In this document: positions 9,113 to 18,304 of the stretch, in pieces
Layout of the letters: every line of letters begins with the position of its first letter
How positions within the stretch are numbered: the stretch's first letter is position 1
Source: an uncultured Methanoregulaceae archaeon
GTDB lineage: Archaea; Halobacteriota; Methanomicrobia; Methanomicrobiales; Methanospirillaceae
Length of the DNA stretch: 64,000 nucleotides
Reading direction: 5' to 3'
Assembly (NCBI GenBank): GCA_963705255.1
Contig: OY970061.1
Location: 1,120,001 to 1,184,000, forward strand
Notes under the pieces: generated by a model
What the model saw: the letters and a program-made list of their open reading frames with translations, nothing else
The model's database searches: none
What the model was told of the DNA's origin: nothing
Translations under genes and position numbers: made by a program

Positions 9113-10225
9113 TTAATGCTCGACGATGATCGAGAGCAGGTCGCCGTCAATCAGCTTATGGGTCAACCCGACCCGCTGCCCCGGGTGTTTGACCGACTTG
9201 CCCCAGATCCGGGCGTACCGGAACTTCTGGACGAACTCCCGGTGGAGCTTATTACAGACATCTTCGACCGTGCTCTTTCTCCTGATGATCAGTGGTTCGT
9301 CGAGGTCGGCCTCTTCGCCGACGGGTTTGAGGTAGACCCGCATGAACCCGAGGCAGTCGTAGATGGCATCCTTGAGTTCCTCGGTGTGATAGCCGGCAGC
9401 GGCAGAGATCATGAGCGGCGGGCTGCCGAACCGTCCGGCGATGTCGTGCTCGATCTCCAGGTAACGCTCCTTGTCCACGAGGTCGACTTTGTTGACCGCG
9501 ATAAAAGCCGGCACATAAACGCGGTTTCCCTGAATTGCATCGATGAGGTCGTCCTGCGTGGCATTCCCCCGGATAAGGATCTCGGCGTTCATCATCTTGC
9601 TCTCGGCAAGGATGGAGCGCACTTCCTCGATCCCAAGGTCCAGCGTGCCGACCGCGTTGAGGCGGATACCCCCGTGTGAGGACTTCTTGATGGTGATATC
9701 CGGCTTCGGGACGTTGATCCTGATACCGGCGTCGTGCAGTTCTTTGATGAGGACGTCGAAGTGCCGTTCATTGAAGACGTCGACGAGGATGATGATGATG
9801 TCGGCACCACGGACGACTGCGATGACCTCCTTTCCCCGCCCCTTCCCCATCGCTGCGCCGGCGATGAGCCCGGGAATATCGAGGATCTGGATCTTTGCCC
9901 CCTTGTGTTCGAGCGCACCGGGCACGACCGTGAGGGTGGTAAACGCGTATGCGGCCACGGCGCTCGCTGTGCCGGTAAGCTTGTTGAGGAGGGTACTTTT
10001 ACCCGTTGACGGGAAACCCACGAGGACTGCGGTTGCGTCGCCGGACTTCTTGACCTGGTAGCCTTCGCCGCCCCCTCCGGCTTTCATCGCGCGGTTGACC
10101 GCTTCGTCACGGAGCCGTGCGATCTTTGCCTTTATCCGCCCGATATGTTTGGAAGTAGCCTTGTTATACGGGGTCTTGGTCAGCTCGTCCTCGAGCTCTT
10201 TTATCTGTTCCTCAAGACTACTCAT
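9113..10225 (-). CDS. DRG/Rbg family GTP-binding protein with C-terminal TGS domain
   Basis: TPYNKAT, GFPSTGKST, YAFTTL, DIPGLI, NKVD, ARIWGKSVKHPGQRVG; start MSSLEEQ at 10225. Confidence 0.94.
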   Translation of the reverse strand: MSSLEEQIKELEDELTKTPYNKATSKHIGRIKAKIARLRDEAVNRAMKAGGGGEGYQVKKSGDATAVLVGFPSTGKSTLLNKLTGTASAVAAYAFTTLTVVPGALEHKGAKIQILDIPGLIAGAAMGKGRGKEVIAVVRGADIIIILVDVFNERHFDVLIKELHDAGIRINVPKPDITIKKSSHGGIRLNAVGTLDLGIEEVRSILAESKMMNAEILIRGNATQDDLIDAIQGNRVYVPAFIAVNKVDLVDKERYLEIEHDIAGRFGSPPLMISAAAGYHTEELKDAIYDCLGFMRVYLKPVGEEADLDEPLIIRRKSTVEDVCNKLHREFVQKFRYARIWGKSVKHPGQRVGLTHKLIDGDLLSIIVEH

Positions 10226-10424
10226 TCCTATATTAATCGCCGCATGTCCGAGATATAGTTGTTTGTACCGACCGGCCGTGTCCTGCCGCATGGGTGCAGG
10301 GCCGGATAAAAAACTATACGTAGACCTGGCACAGAATTTTCCGGACAATTTACCTGTGCGTACGGGCGGAACGAGCCGGGATCACCGGGCAGACTGCCGG
10401 GGAACGGGAGGGGAGGACGGGGAC

Positions 10425-10997
10425 TTGCAGGACTACCTGGTGGCTGAAGGGATCATCTGGGCAGCCTTCTGGCTGTACTGGCTGGTCGTCGCATTCCTGA
10501 CCCGATCCGAAGTCGAGCGCCGGCAGCCGGTCTTCTCCCGGTTCTTCTTTCTCATGCTCGCGGTCATCATCCTCGGGACGATCATTTCCGGACAGTTCTG
10601 GGACAGGTTCCTGCTCGGGCAGTTTACTGACGGGAACCCCGTTGCAGTGGGGGCCGGCATCGCCATCACCCTTCTCGGCCTCGGGTTTGCAGTCTGGGCA
10701 CGGGTGCACCTCGGAAAGAACTGGAGCGGGAGTGTCACGATCAAAGTGGACCACCGGCTGGTCCGGACCGGGCCGTACCGTTATGTGAGGAACCCGATCT
10801 ATACCGGGATCCTTGCCGGTTTCGCCGGGACGGCACTCGTCATAGGCAGGGGCTGGGCCGTCTACGGCCTTCTCATCCTGCTTGCCGGGTTCCTTATAAA
10901 GATACAGGAAGAAGAGAAGGTGCTGCTGGAGAAGTTCGGTGAGGAGTATCTCCGGTATAAGAGGGAGGTGAAGGCGCTCATCCCGTTTGTGGTTTGA
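10425..10997 (+). CDS. Isoprenylcysteine carboxyl methyltransferase family membrane protein
   Basis: WARVHLGKNWS...HRLVRTGPYRYVRNPIYTG...EEE.VL...FGEEY..Y motif; start codon uncertain (TTG 10425 or GTG 10440). Confidence 0.85.
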   Translation: MQDYLVAEGIIWAAFWLYWLVVAFLTRSEVERRQPVFSRFFFLMLAVIILGTIISGQFWDRFLLGQFTDGNPVAVGAGIAITLLGLGFAVWARVHLGKNWSGSVTIKVDHRLVRTGPYRYVRNPIYTGILAGFAGTALVIGRGWAVYGLLILLAGFLIKIQEEEKVLLEKFGEEYLRYKREVKALIPFVV

Positions 10998-11038
10998 GCA
11001 CCGGCCCCCTGACGTGTCCCTGTAAAAAACTATCATTC

Positions 11039-11077
11039 GAAGATCCACCTTCGGTGGATCTTCTCTTAATTTTTTCC
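11039..11077 (+). terminator. Perfect inverted repeat followed by a T-rich tract, likely terminator
   Basis: GAAGATCCACC-TTC-GGTGGATCTTC (11039-11063) then TCTTAATTTTTT, downstream of the ICMT gene. Confidence 0.5.
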
Positions 11078-11123
11078 GTGAAGTCCCCCTCGCCAGTCCT
11101 GAAGGACTGCCGGTGTGCCACGT

Positions 11124-11138
11124 AAAAAACTATAAGTA
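11124..11138 (+). promoter_or_regulatory. Archaeal BRE/TATA promoter of tRNA-Glu
   Basis: AAAAAAC-TATAAGTA about 30 nt upstream of the tRNA 5' end. Confidence 0.55.
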
Positions 11139-11166
11139 ACCACATCGCCCATTTTAGTGAGCAACT

Positions 11167-11241
11167 GCTGCTATAGTGTAGTCCGGCCAATCATGCGAGC
11201 CTCTCACGCTCGCGACTGGGGTTCGAATCCCCATAGCAGCA
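11167..11241 (+). tRNA. tRNA-Glu (CTC)
   Basis: GCTGCTA...CGAGC-CT-CTC-AC-GCTCG...GGTTCGAATCC...TAGCAGC-A; cloverleaf. Confidence 0.96.
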
Positions 11242-11679
11242 CTTTCACGCCGATGATCCTGTTCTCCGAATGTTTAAAACCGTGGAACCGATCGGAAAGA
11301 TGGGATTACCTGATAGGGGAATATCCTGTTGAAAAAAGGTACCATTGTTGCCCCTCATGAGTGGTTTGTGATCAGGGGGTACCACTGGGGAAATTGTCGC
11401 CGTTCATGGTTCCTCCCGAACAACCGGTCATGTTCCCTCGCGGGCTACCGTCATGTTTTCTTTTAGAGAGCCGGTCATATTTCCTCTTGGACCACCTTTC
11501 GTGGTTACAGCGGACAGAACCGATAAGAAAAAGGACCGGCTCACCCGGCCCGGTTACAGGACTGGCCGGATCCCCAGCCCGCCATAACCGTGCACTGACA
11601 GAGTATCAGCCTGTATCCGGGAACTCATCGCTGAATATATAGGCAGGGGTGCCAGACTATCCGTAGCAGGAGAGGTGTT

Positions 11680-13296
11680 ATGAAGAGAGACGTTATCCTG
11701 GTTATCCTGACCCTTGTGCTCTGCCTGGTATGCCTGGCCGCCGTGGCAGGAGATACCCGCGTGACGGACAGCAATCCGGCAAACACCGGGGTTACCAGTC
11801 CGGCGGGGCAGATCATCGCCGGAGCCGGCATCCCGGTCATCAGGGCACAGGTGGCAGGGGAGACGACCACAGAACCGACCATGGAGCCGGTTACGTACCC
11901 GACCGAAGAACCAACGCTCATGCCTACCGAGGAACCGGTCACCTACCCGACCGGGGAGCCGACGCTGATGCCTACGGAGGAAGAGACGACGTCGCCGATG
12001 CCCGGCCCGCTCGGGCCCGTTGCCGATTTCACGGCTTCACCTACGTCGGGTTCCGGGCCGCTCACGGTCCGGTTCACGGACACCTCGATCAACACCCCCA
12101 CCATGTGGTACTGGGACTTCGGTGACGGCTCAACCGACTCATCGACAGGGACCCCCTCGCATACCTATGCGGATCCGGGCAGTTATACGGTTACGATGAC
12201 CGCGAGTAACATGTACGGCACCGATACCATGACCAAGACCGATTATGTCACGGTGAACGGCCAGGTGATGAATAACGGTGCGATCTATGCGCAGTCCGTC
12301 CCGGCCGGTGCCACGATCTTCGTGAACGGCAACAGTTACGGGAATTCCCCGGTAACCGTCCAGAGCCTCTTCCCTGGTACCTATTCGGTGATGGCGACCC
12401 TGAACGGCTATTACGCCGATCTGCAGACGATCACCGTATCCCCGGGCCGGACCACGGGCTATTACCCGATACTCCGGTCGTCACCCAACCCGCCGTTGAT
12501 CACCGGGGCGATCTCCGCCCAGTCCACACCTGCCGGTGCGGCCATTTACCTGAACGGCGTCAATTACGGGAACACCCCGCTCACCATCCGGAACCTGATC
12601 CCAAGTACCTATTCTATCATGGCGATGCTGAACGGGTATACATCCAGCACCCAGCTTATCACCGTCAGCCCGGGTCAGACCGCGAGCTATTACCCGGCAC
12701 TCCAGCCCTCGCCCAATCCGGGAACGACGGGCGCGATCTTTGCACAGTCCGATCCGGCCGGTGCGGCCATTTACCTGAACGGTGCCTATTACGGGGTCTC
12801 CCCTGTCGCCATCCCGAACCTGATACCGGCCACCTACTCGATGAAAGCAACCCTGAACGGCTACCCCGCTGATACCCAGCGGATAACAGTCAGCCCGGGC
12901 CGCACCTCGTTCTATACGCCGGCATTCTATCCGTCGCCGCCACCCATAGGATCCGGACAGGGGATCTTTGCCGTGTATAGCAACGTGGACGGGGCGCAGG
13001 TATACTTCGACACCGTCAAGGAAGGGAGCATCACAAACGGCGTGCTCTTCGTGACCGTCGCAACCACGGGGACGCCGTTCCAGACCTACCGGGTGGAGAG
13101 CTCCGGGTATACCACCCTTACCGGCACCATCACCCGGTGGCCGGCAAGCGGCGAGATCGTAAAGATCCAGGCAATGCTCGTTCCCTCACCGGTACCAACG
13201 ACCCACGCCCCGATTCCGGTCGTGGTGACACCGGCTGCGCTGATCGGCGCCGGTATCATCCTTTTCATCGCGGGAGACCGGCGGAGGACCCGGTAA
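11680..13296 (+). CDS. Cell-surface protein: signal peptide, Thr/Glu/Pro repeats, one PKD domain, three PEGA domains, C-terminal TM anchor
   Basis: ADFTASPTSG.PLTVRFTD...WYWDFGDG (PKD); three S.PAGA.IY.NG..YG.SP repeats (PEGA); hydrophobic tail plus RRRTR. Confidence 0.88.
   Translation: MKRDVILVILTLVLCLVCLAAVAGDTRVTDSNPANTGVTSPAGQIIAGAGIPVIRAQVAGETTTEPTMEPVTYPTEEPTLMPTEEPVTYPTGEPTLMPTEEETTSPMPGPLGPVADFTASPTSGSGPLTVRFTDTSINTPTMWYWDFGDGSTDSSTGTPSHTYADPGSYTVTMTASNMYGTDTMTKTDYVTVNGQVMNNGAIYAQSVPAGATIFVNGNSYGNSPVTVQSLFPGTYSVMATLNGYYADLQTITVSPGRTTGYYPILRSSPNPPLITGAISAQSTPAGAAIYLNGVNYGNTPLTIRNLIPSTYSIMAMLNGYTSSTQLITVSPGQTASYYPALQPSPNPGTTGAIFAQSDPAGAAIYLNGAYYGVSPVAIPNLIPATYSMKATLNGYPADTQRITVSPGRTSFYTPAFYPSPPPIGSGQGIFAVYSNVDGAQVYFDTVKEGSITNGVLFVTVATTGTPFQTYRVESSGYTTLTGTITRWPASGEIVKIQAMLVPSPVPTTHAPIPVVVTPAALIGAGIILFIAGDRRRTR
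11884..11979 (+). repeat. Two imperfect 48-bp tandem repeats encoding EPVTYPT(E/G)EPTLMPTE
   Basis: Copies at 11884-11931 and 11932-11979. Confidence 0.8.
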
Positions 13297-13755
13297 CCCG
13301 TCATCATGTTCTGACAGTTTCCCGACCCGGGTAGATACCGTACAGAATCCTTTTTATCATCGCCGATTGGATCAGGCAGGAACTTTTTAAGTAGTCATTG
13401 TCACTTCCGGCGCTTCTGATGCTATGTTCCGGGATAGTCTCTGCGATGCACAGATTTTGCCAATAGCCGAAAAATATAAAAAATGCAGTTCCTATTGAGT
13501 GGTATAACGCCTCACCTCCACGGGATCTCTATTCGAGGGAATCGAAGAACCGGAAGAGGAATAATTTCATTCAGCTGATCCAGGAATGCAAGAGAGCCGC
13601 AAGAAAAATATCCCGTGTATCAACAGGAAGAACGATGGAAGATTATGGCAAGAGAAGGAGCGCCGGTCTCGTAACCCCGGCTTGTTTCCCGGAGAAGATG
13701 GCCGCAACCGGCAGCGGGGACAGGAAATATTCCATGGACGTTCCGGAGTGCCGCT

Positions 13756-14463
13756 ATGGTTGAAGTCTCCTATCTTGTAGCATTTGCGGCGGGTATCGTA
13801 TCGTTTCTCGCACCGTGTGTCCTGCCGCTGGTGCCGGGGTTTCTCGCTTACCTCGCCGGGACAACGGTCAGGGAAGGGGCCGCGAAGCGGTGGGATATCT
13901 TTGTTGCGAGCCTCCTCTTTGTCGCCGGCTTCTCGCTCGTCTTCTCTCTCCTGGGCGTCCTCCTGAATACGGTGCTGAACTCGGTTGCCTACGGTGTGCA
14001 GCTCTGGCTGTCCCGGGCCGGGGGACTCATTATTATCTTCTTCGGCCTCTACCTGACCGGCCTTATCCGGGTGGGGTGGCTCGAGCAGGAGCATAAGATT
14101 GCTGTCACCGGCATAAAATCAAAGTACCTGACCTCGTTCCTGTTCGGCGTTGCGTTTGCGGCAGGATGGACGCCCTGCGTAGGGGCAGCCCTCGGGGCGA
14201 TCATCGGCCTTGCGGCAACCCAGCCGGCGCTCACGTTCAGCCTCCTCCTCGCGTACTCCCTGGGGCTGGGCCTGCCGTTCATCATCGTGGGGCTCTTTGC
14301 CTCGCGGGCAGCGGCGTGGATAACACGGTACTCCCATATCCTCTATTATGTGAATATCATCTTTGGTGTCCTGCTGATCGTCGTAGGAATCCTGATCTTC
14401 ACGCAGACGCTGGCCCTTGTCGCCAACCTGCCCCTGCTCAACAACTTCCTCCTGGGGGGCTGA
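13756..14463 (+). CDS. ccdA: CcdA/DsbD transmembrane electron-transfer protein
   Basis: GIVSFLAPCVLPLVP and FAAGWTPCVG Cys motifs; six TM segments. Confidence 0.92.
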   Translation: MVEVSYLVAFAAGIVSFLAPCVLPLVPGFLAYLAGTTVREGAAKRWDIFVASLLFVAGFSLVFSLLGVLLNTVLNSVAYGVQLWLSRAGGLIIIFFGLYLTGLIRVGWLEQEHKIAVTGIKSKYLTSFLFGVAFAAGWTPCVGAALGAIIGLAATQPALTFSLLLAYSLGLGLPFIIVGLFASRAAAWITRYSHILYYVNIIFGVLLIVVGILIFTQTLALVANLPLLNNFLLGG

Positions 14464-14467
14464 TCCT

Positions 14468-15568
14468 ATGGAAAAAAGGACGATTGCACTGGTGGTAGCA
14501 GTGATCCTGATCGCGGGAGCCATCGTATACCTGGAGCAGTTCAGCCCGAACAGATCCTATGTCGGGACACCGGTGGCACCCGGAAACCGGACGGCGATCA
14601 ACGCCGAGAAGGCAAAGCTCTACCCGTACGCAAAAGAGATAGCCGAGCCCTCGGGGTTCGTGAACGTGGACAACATCACGATCGGCAGCCTGATCGGAAA
14701 GGAGGTTATCCTCGTGGATTTCTGGACATACAGCTGCATCAACTGCGAACGCACGATCCCCTACCTGAACATGTGGTATGCGGAATACCATGACCAGGGC
14801 CTTGAGATCATCGGCGTCCATACCCCGGAGTTCCAGTTCGAGCACGATACCGACAATGTCCAGGCGGCAGTCCGGAAGTTCGGTATCAGGTACCCGGTGG
14901 TGCTCGACAACGATTACGCGACCTGGGATTCGTACGGGAACCAGTACTGGCCGGAGGACTACCTGATTGACATCGACGGTTTTATCGTCGACCGTCACAT
15001 CGGCGAGGGCGATTACAACACGACTGAAATGGAGATCCAGAGCCTCTTACGGGAGCGGGCTGACGCGCTCGGGATCCAGGTTACCATCTCCAACACGACG
15101 ACAACTCCTGCGGACGCGGTCAGCGTTGACTTCTCGAAGGTCGGCAGCCCGGAGACATACTTCGGTGCTGCACGGAACCAGTACCTTGGGAACGGAAACC
15201 AGTCAGTGACCGGCATGCAGACGCTGGCTCTGCCGGGTTCGATCCTCCCCAATACGCTCTACCTCGGGGGGACGTGGAACTTTACCGACCAGTATGCCGA
15301 GACTGCCGGGAATGGCACGATCGTCTTCCAGTACAATGCCAAGAACGTCTACTTTGTCGCGAGCGCCGGGAATTCAACGAATGTGAGCGTCATGGTGGAC
15401 GGCAGGCCGGTTGGCGATAGTGCCGGGCCTGACGTCTCCGGTGGCGTCGCCATGGTAAAAGACGAGCAGCTGTACCAGCTCGTGGCGGGGAAGGATTATG
15501 GTGAGCACACGCTGGAACTGGAGATCCCGCAGCCGGGCCTGCGGGCGTATACGTTTACGTTCGGATGA
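14468..15568 (+). CDS. Membrane-anchored thioredoxin-like protein (DipZ C-terminal type)
   Basis: N-terminal TM; LVDFWTYSCINC, GVHTPEF, YGNQYWP, SPETYFG, YTFTFG. Confidence 0.88.
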   Translation: MEKRTIALVVAVILIAGAIVYLEQFSPNRSYVGTPVAPGNRTAINAEKAKLYPYAKEIAEPSGFVNVDNITIGSLIGKEVILVDFWTYSCINCERTIPYLNMWYAEYHDQGLEIIGVHTPEFQFEHDTDNVQAAVRKFGIRYPVVLDNDYATWDSYGNQYWPEDYLIDIDGFIVDRHIGEGDYNTTEMEIQSLLRERADALGIQVTISNTTTTPADAVSVDFSKVGSPETYFGAARNQYLGNGNQSVTGMQTLALPGSILPNTLYLGGTWNFTDQYAETAGNGTIVFQYNAKNVYFVASAGNSTNVSVMVDGRPVGDSAGPDVSGGVAMVKDEQLYQLVAGKDYGEHTLELEIPQPGLRAYTFTFG

Positions 15569-16363
15569 CGGAAGAAGAGAAGGATACTATGGACAGAAAA
15601 CTGATGAAGGCAACGTTTGCGGGCGGCTGCTTCTGGTGTATGCAGCCACCGTTCCAGCAGATCGAAGGCGTGACGGAAGTGGTGGCCGGGTATGCCGGCG
15701 GGACGAAGGAGAAACCGAGCCTACGAGGAAGTCTCGTCAGGCACTACGGGACACCTCGAATCCGTGCAGGTAACGTACGATCCCGACAAGGTCCCGTATG
15801 AAAAGCTTCTCGACGTCTTCTGGACGCAGATCGATCCGACTGACGATGAGGGCCAGTTCGCGGACAAGGGATCGCAGTACAGGACCGCCATCTTCTATCA
15901 CGATGACGGGCAGAAGCGGATCGCTGAGGCTTCAAAGAAAAAGATCGACGATTCCGGGAAGTTCAAAAAACCTGTAGCAACGGAGATCCGGCCGTCCACG
16001 AATTTTTATCCTGCCGAGGAGTACCACCAGGACTATGCGAAGAAGAAGCCCCGGGAATACACGCAGTACAAGACCTACTCCGGGCGCGAGGCCTTTATCG
16101 AGAAGATGTGGGGCGGGGAAAAACTGGGAGAGGAAAAAAAAGTGACCATCTACTCAACGCCGAGGTGCCACAACTGTCACGAGATCAAGGAGTTCCTCAG
16201 TTCCCGGAATGTTCCGTTCGAGGAGATCGATCTCGCATCCAACGATGAGGCAAGGACCATGATTATCGAGAAGACCGGGCACCTCAGCGCTCCGATTGTC
16301 CGGATCGGAGATGAATTTATCTTCGGGTACGACAGGAAGAAGATGGAGAGCCTGTTGCAATAG
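15565..16363 (+). CDS. msrA: Methionine sulfoxide reductase MsrA fused to a C-terminal glutaredoxin-like domain; 1-nt frameshift near 15720
   Basis: FAGGCFWC and GYAGG in the first frame; YEEVSSGTTGHLE, GQFADKGSQYR, FYPAEEYHQDY, then YSTPRCHNC...APIVRIG in the second frame. Confidence 0.88.
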
Positions 16364-16595
16364 GGGGGTCCCCACCTGAGTAAGGGGGTATCACCCGTGA
16401 TCCATACCATGCCCGCCCCCCACGACCCCCTCACATCCCCAACCTGCGGGGATCAGGAACCACTGCACAGGGAGACGTGGGGCTGACCACCCCGGGAGAG
16501 ATCTGCTGCCGGTACCCAGGCAGGATGAAAAAAGAAATTTCCTGGAGCAGGCAGTCCAAAGGAGCGGGACAGGAAAAAGAAGAGTCTATTCCTGG

Positions 16596-18089
16596 TCAGA
16601 TCATCCCCATCGCGGGCCCTTCTTCCTCGGATCCGGTCCGATAATCCGGATGGACCTCTTCCCTGACGACAAGAGCCAGGACGAGGATGACGATCCCGAG
16701 CACGAACGAGAGCAGGAACGAGAAGTCGAAGCCGGCGGCAAGCACCTGCACCTTGATGTCCGCCGGGGAGGTCATCAGAACATTGTGGCCCGCGGCAATC
16801 GCGAGGACACCCTGGATGAAGATCAGGTTGAATGCGGCGATCCCGAGGGTCAGGGGCGCAAACCGTTCGAGGCTGGTCAGGCTTGAGATCATCCCCTGCT
16901 TTGTCCTAGCTACCGAGTTCATGATCAGGTTCGAGGCAGGGGTTATCATCAGGCCGAGGCCAAAGCCGATCAGCACCAGGCTCAGGACAACGTATCCGGC
17001 CGGGGTATCGGTATGCAGCCGGGTCATGAGGAAGTAGCCTGCCGTCAGGAAGGCACCCGCAGCGATGCAGAGCAGCCGTGGCCCTGCCCGGTTGTAGAGC
17101 ATTCCGGAAAGGATACCGGCCCCCATCATGGCAAAGGAGAGCGAGGTCATGATCAGCCCGGCCGACGAGGTGTCGTAGCTGCGGACGTACTTCAGGTAGA
17201 ACGGCAGGAGGTAGTTGATCCCCGCAAAACTGAAAAAGACCAGCGAGAGGAGGAGGTTGGTGACAAGGAAATTCCGGTTCCTGAAAAGGCCGAGGTCGAG
17301 CAGCGGATCGGCCACCCGCAGTTCGTGCCACACGAACCATGACAGGGAAACGATAGCTACGATTGCGGGTGCGACGATGACCGGGGATGTCCAGCCAAGG
17401 GGTGCACCTTCCGATACTACGAAGAGGAGTGAGGCGAGGCCTACGAATACCAGCCCTGCACCGGCCCGGTCGAAGCCTTCCAGTCTCTCCCTTCCGACCG
17501 CTTCCGGGATGACCTTTACCCCGAGCAGGACAGCGAAGATCCCGACCGGTACGTTGATGAAGAAGATCCAGTGCCACGAGAGGTACTGGGTCAGGACGCC
17601 GCCGATCGTCGGGCCAAGGGCAGTACCGAGCGCCGCCATCGTCATGACGATGCCCATCGCCTTTCCTTTCTGCTCCATCGGGATATAGGCAGTGATCATG
17701 GCGGGAGCGATGGCAGAGATCATCGCCCCGCCGACGGCCTGGAGGATACGCGAACCGACCAGCGAGTACAGCCCGCCGAGGATCTCCGGCAAAAGCCCGC
17801 ATGCAAAGGACCCGAGCGTGAAGATGGCAAAACCCGAGAGGAATACTTTCTTGAACCCGATCATATCGGATATCTTGCCGAAGACCAGCACGCAGCCCGC
17901 CATCACCAGCAGGTATGCCGTCGCTACCCAGCTCACGGTGCTCGATGAGACCTGAAACGCCTCGGAGATGGTCGGGAGGGCGATATTGACAATGGTACCG
18001 TCAAGGCCTGCCATGAACATGGCAAGGGAGATGGAGAGGATCAGGAGGTTGAGACCGGACTCCGTATTCCGGTTAACGGTATTTCCCAT
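16596..18089 (-). CDS. DHA2-family MFS efflux transporter
   Basis: LDGTIVNIALP, GKISDMIGFKK, GPTIGG.LT..SWHWIFFINVPVG; 14 TM. Confidence 0.92.
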   Translation of the reverse strand: MGNTVNRNTESGLNLLILSISLAMFMAGLDGTIVNIALPTISEAFQVSSSTVSWVATAYLLVMAGCVLVFGKISDMIGFKKVFLSGFAIFTLGSFACGLLPEILGGLYSLVGSRILQAVGGAMISAIAPAMITAYIPMEQKGKAMGIVMTMAALGTALGPTIGGVLTQYLSWHWIFFINVPVGIFAVLLGVKVIPEAVGRERLEGFDRAGAGLVFVGLASLLFVVSEGAPLGWTSPVIVAPAIVAIVSLSWFVWHELRVADPLLDLGLFRNRNFLVTNLLLSLVFFSFAGINYLLPFYLKYVRSYDTSSAGLIMTSLSFAMMGAGILSGMLYNRAGPRLLCIAAGAFLTAGYFLMTRLHTDTPAGYVVLSLVLIGFGLGLMITPASNLIMNSVARTKQGMISSLTSLERFAPLTLGIAAFNLIFIQGVLAIAAGHNVLMTSPADIKVQVLAAGFDFSFLLSFVLGIVILVLALVVREEVHPDYRTGSEEEGPAMGMI

Positions 18090-18304
18090 TCATGAATATT
18101 GCGAATAATAGTACATGAGAGTTACGGATTGGCAACAGACGGTTAATAGAGACCGGCAGGCAGTGTTCATCGCAGAGCCATTCTCCGGCGGTGAGCTCCT
18201 CTCCTCAGCAGAGAAGCCCCTGTGGGCTGTGCCAACTGCCGGGTGCCTACGCACCTGTGCACCCGGCCTGAATGACTGATACCCCACGCCTCCCGGGTAT
18301 CAGA

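Noticed and set aside
7772-11241. tRNA genes as integration sites of a provirus or island
   Set aside because: No duplicated tRNA 3' end and no integrase seen; the flanking genes are host-like.
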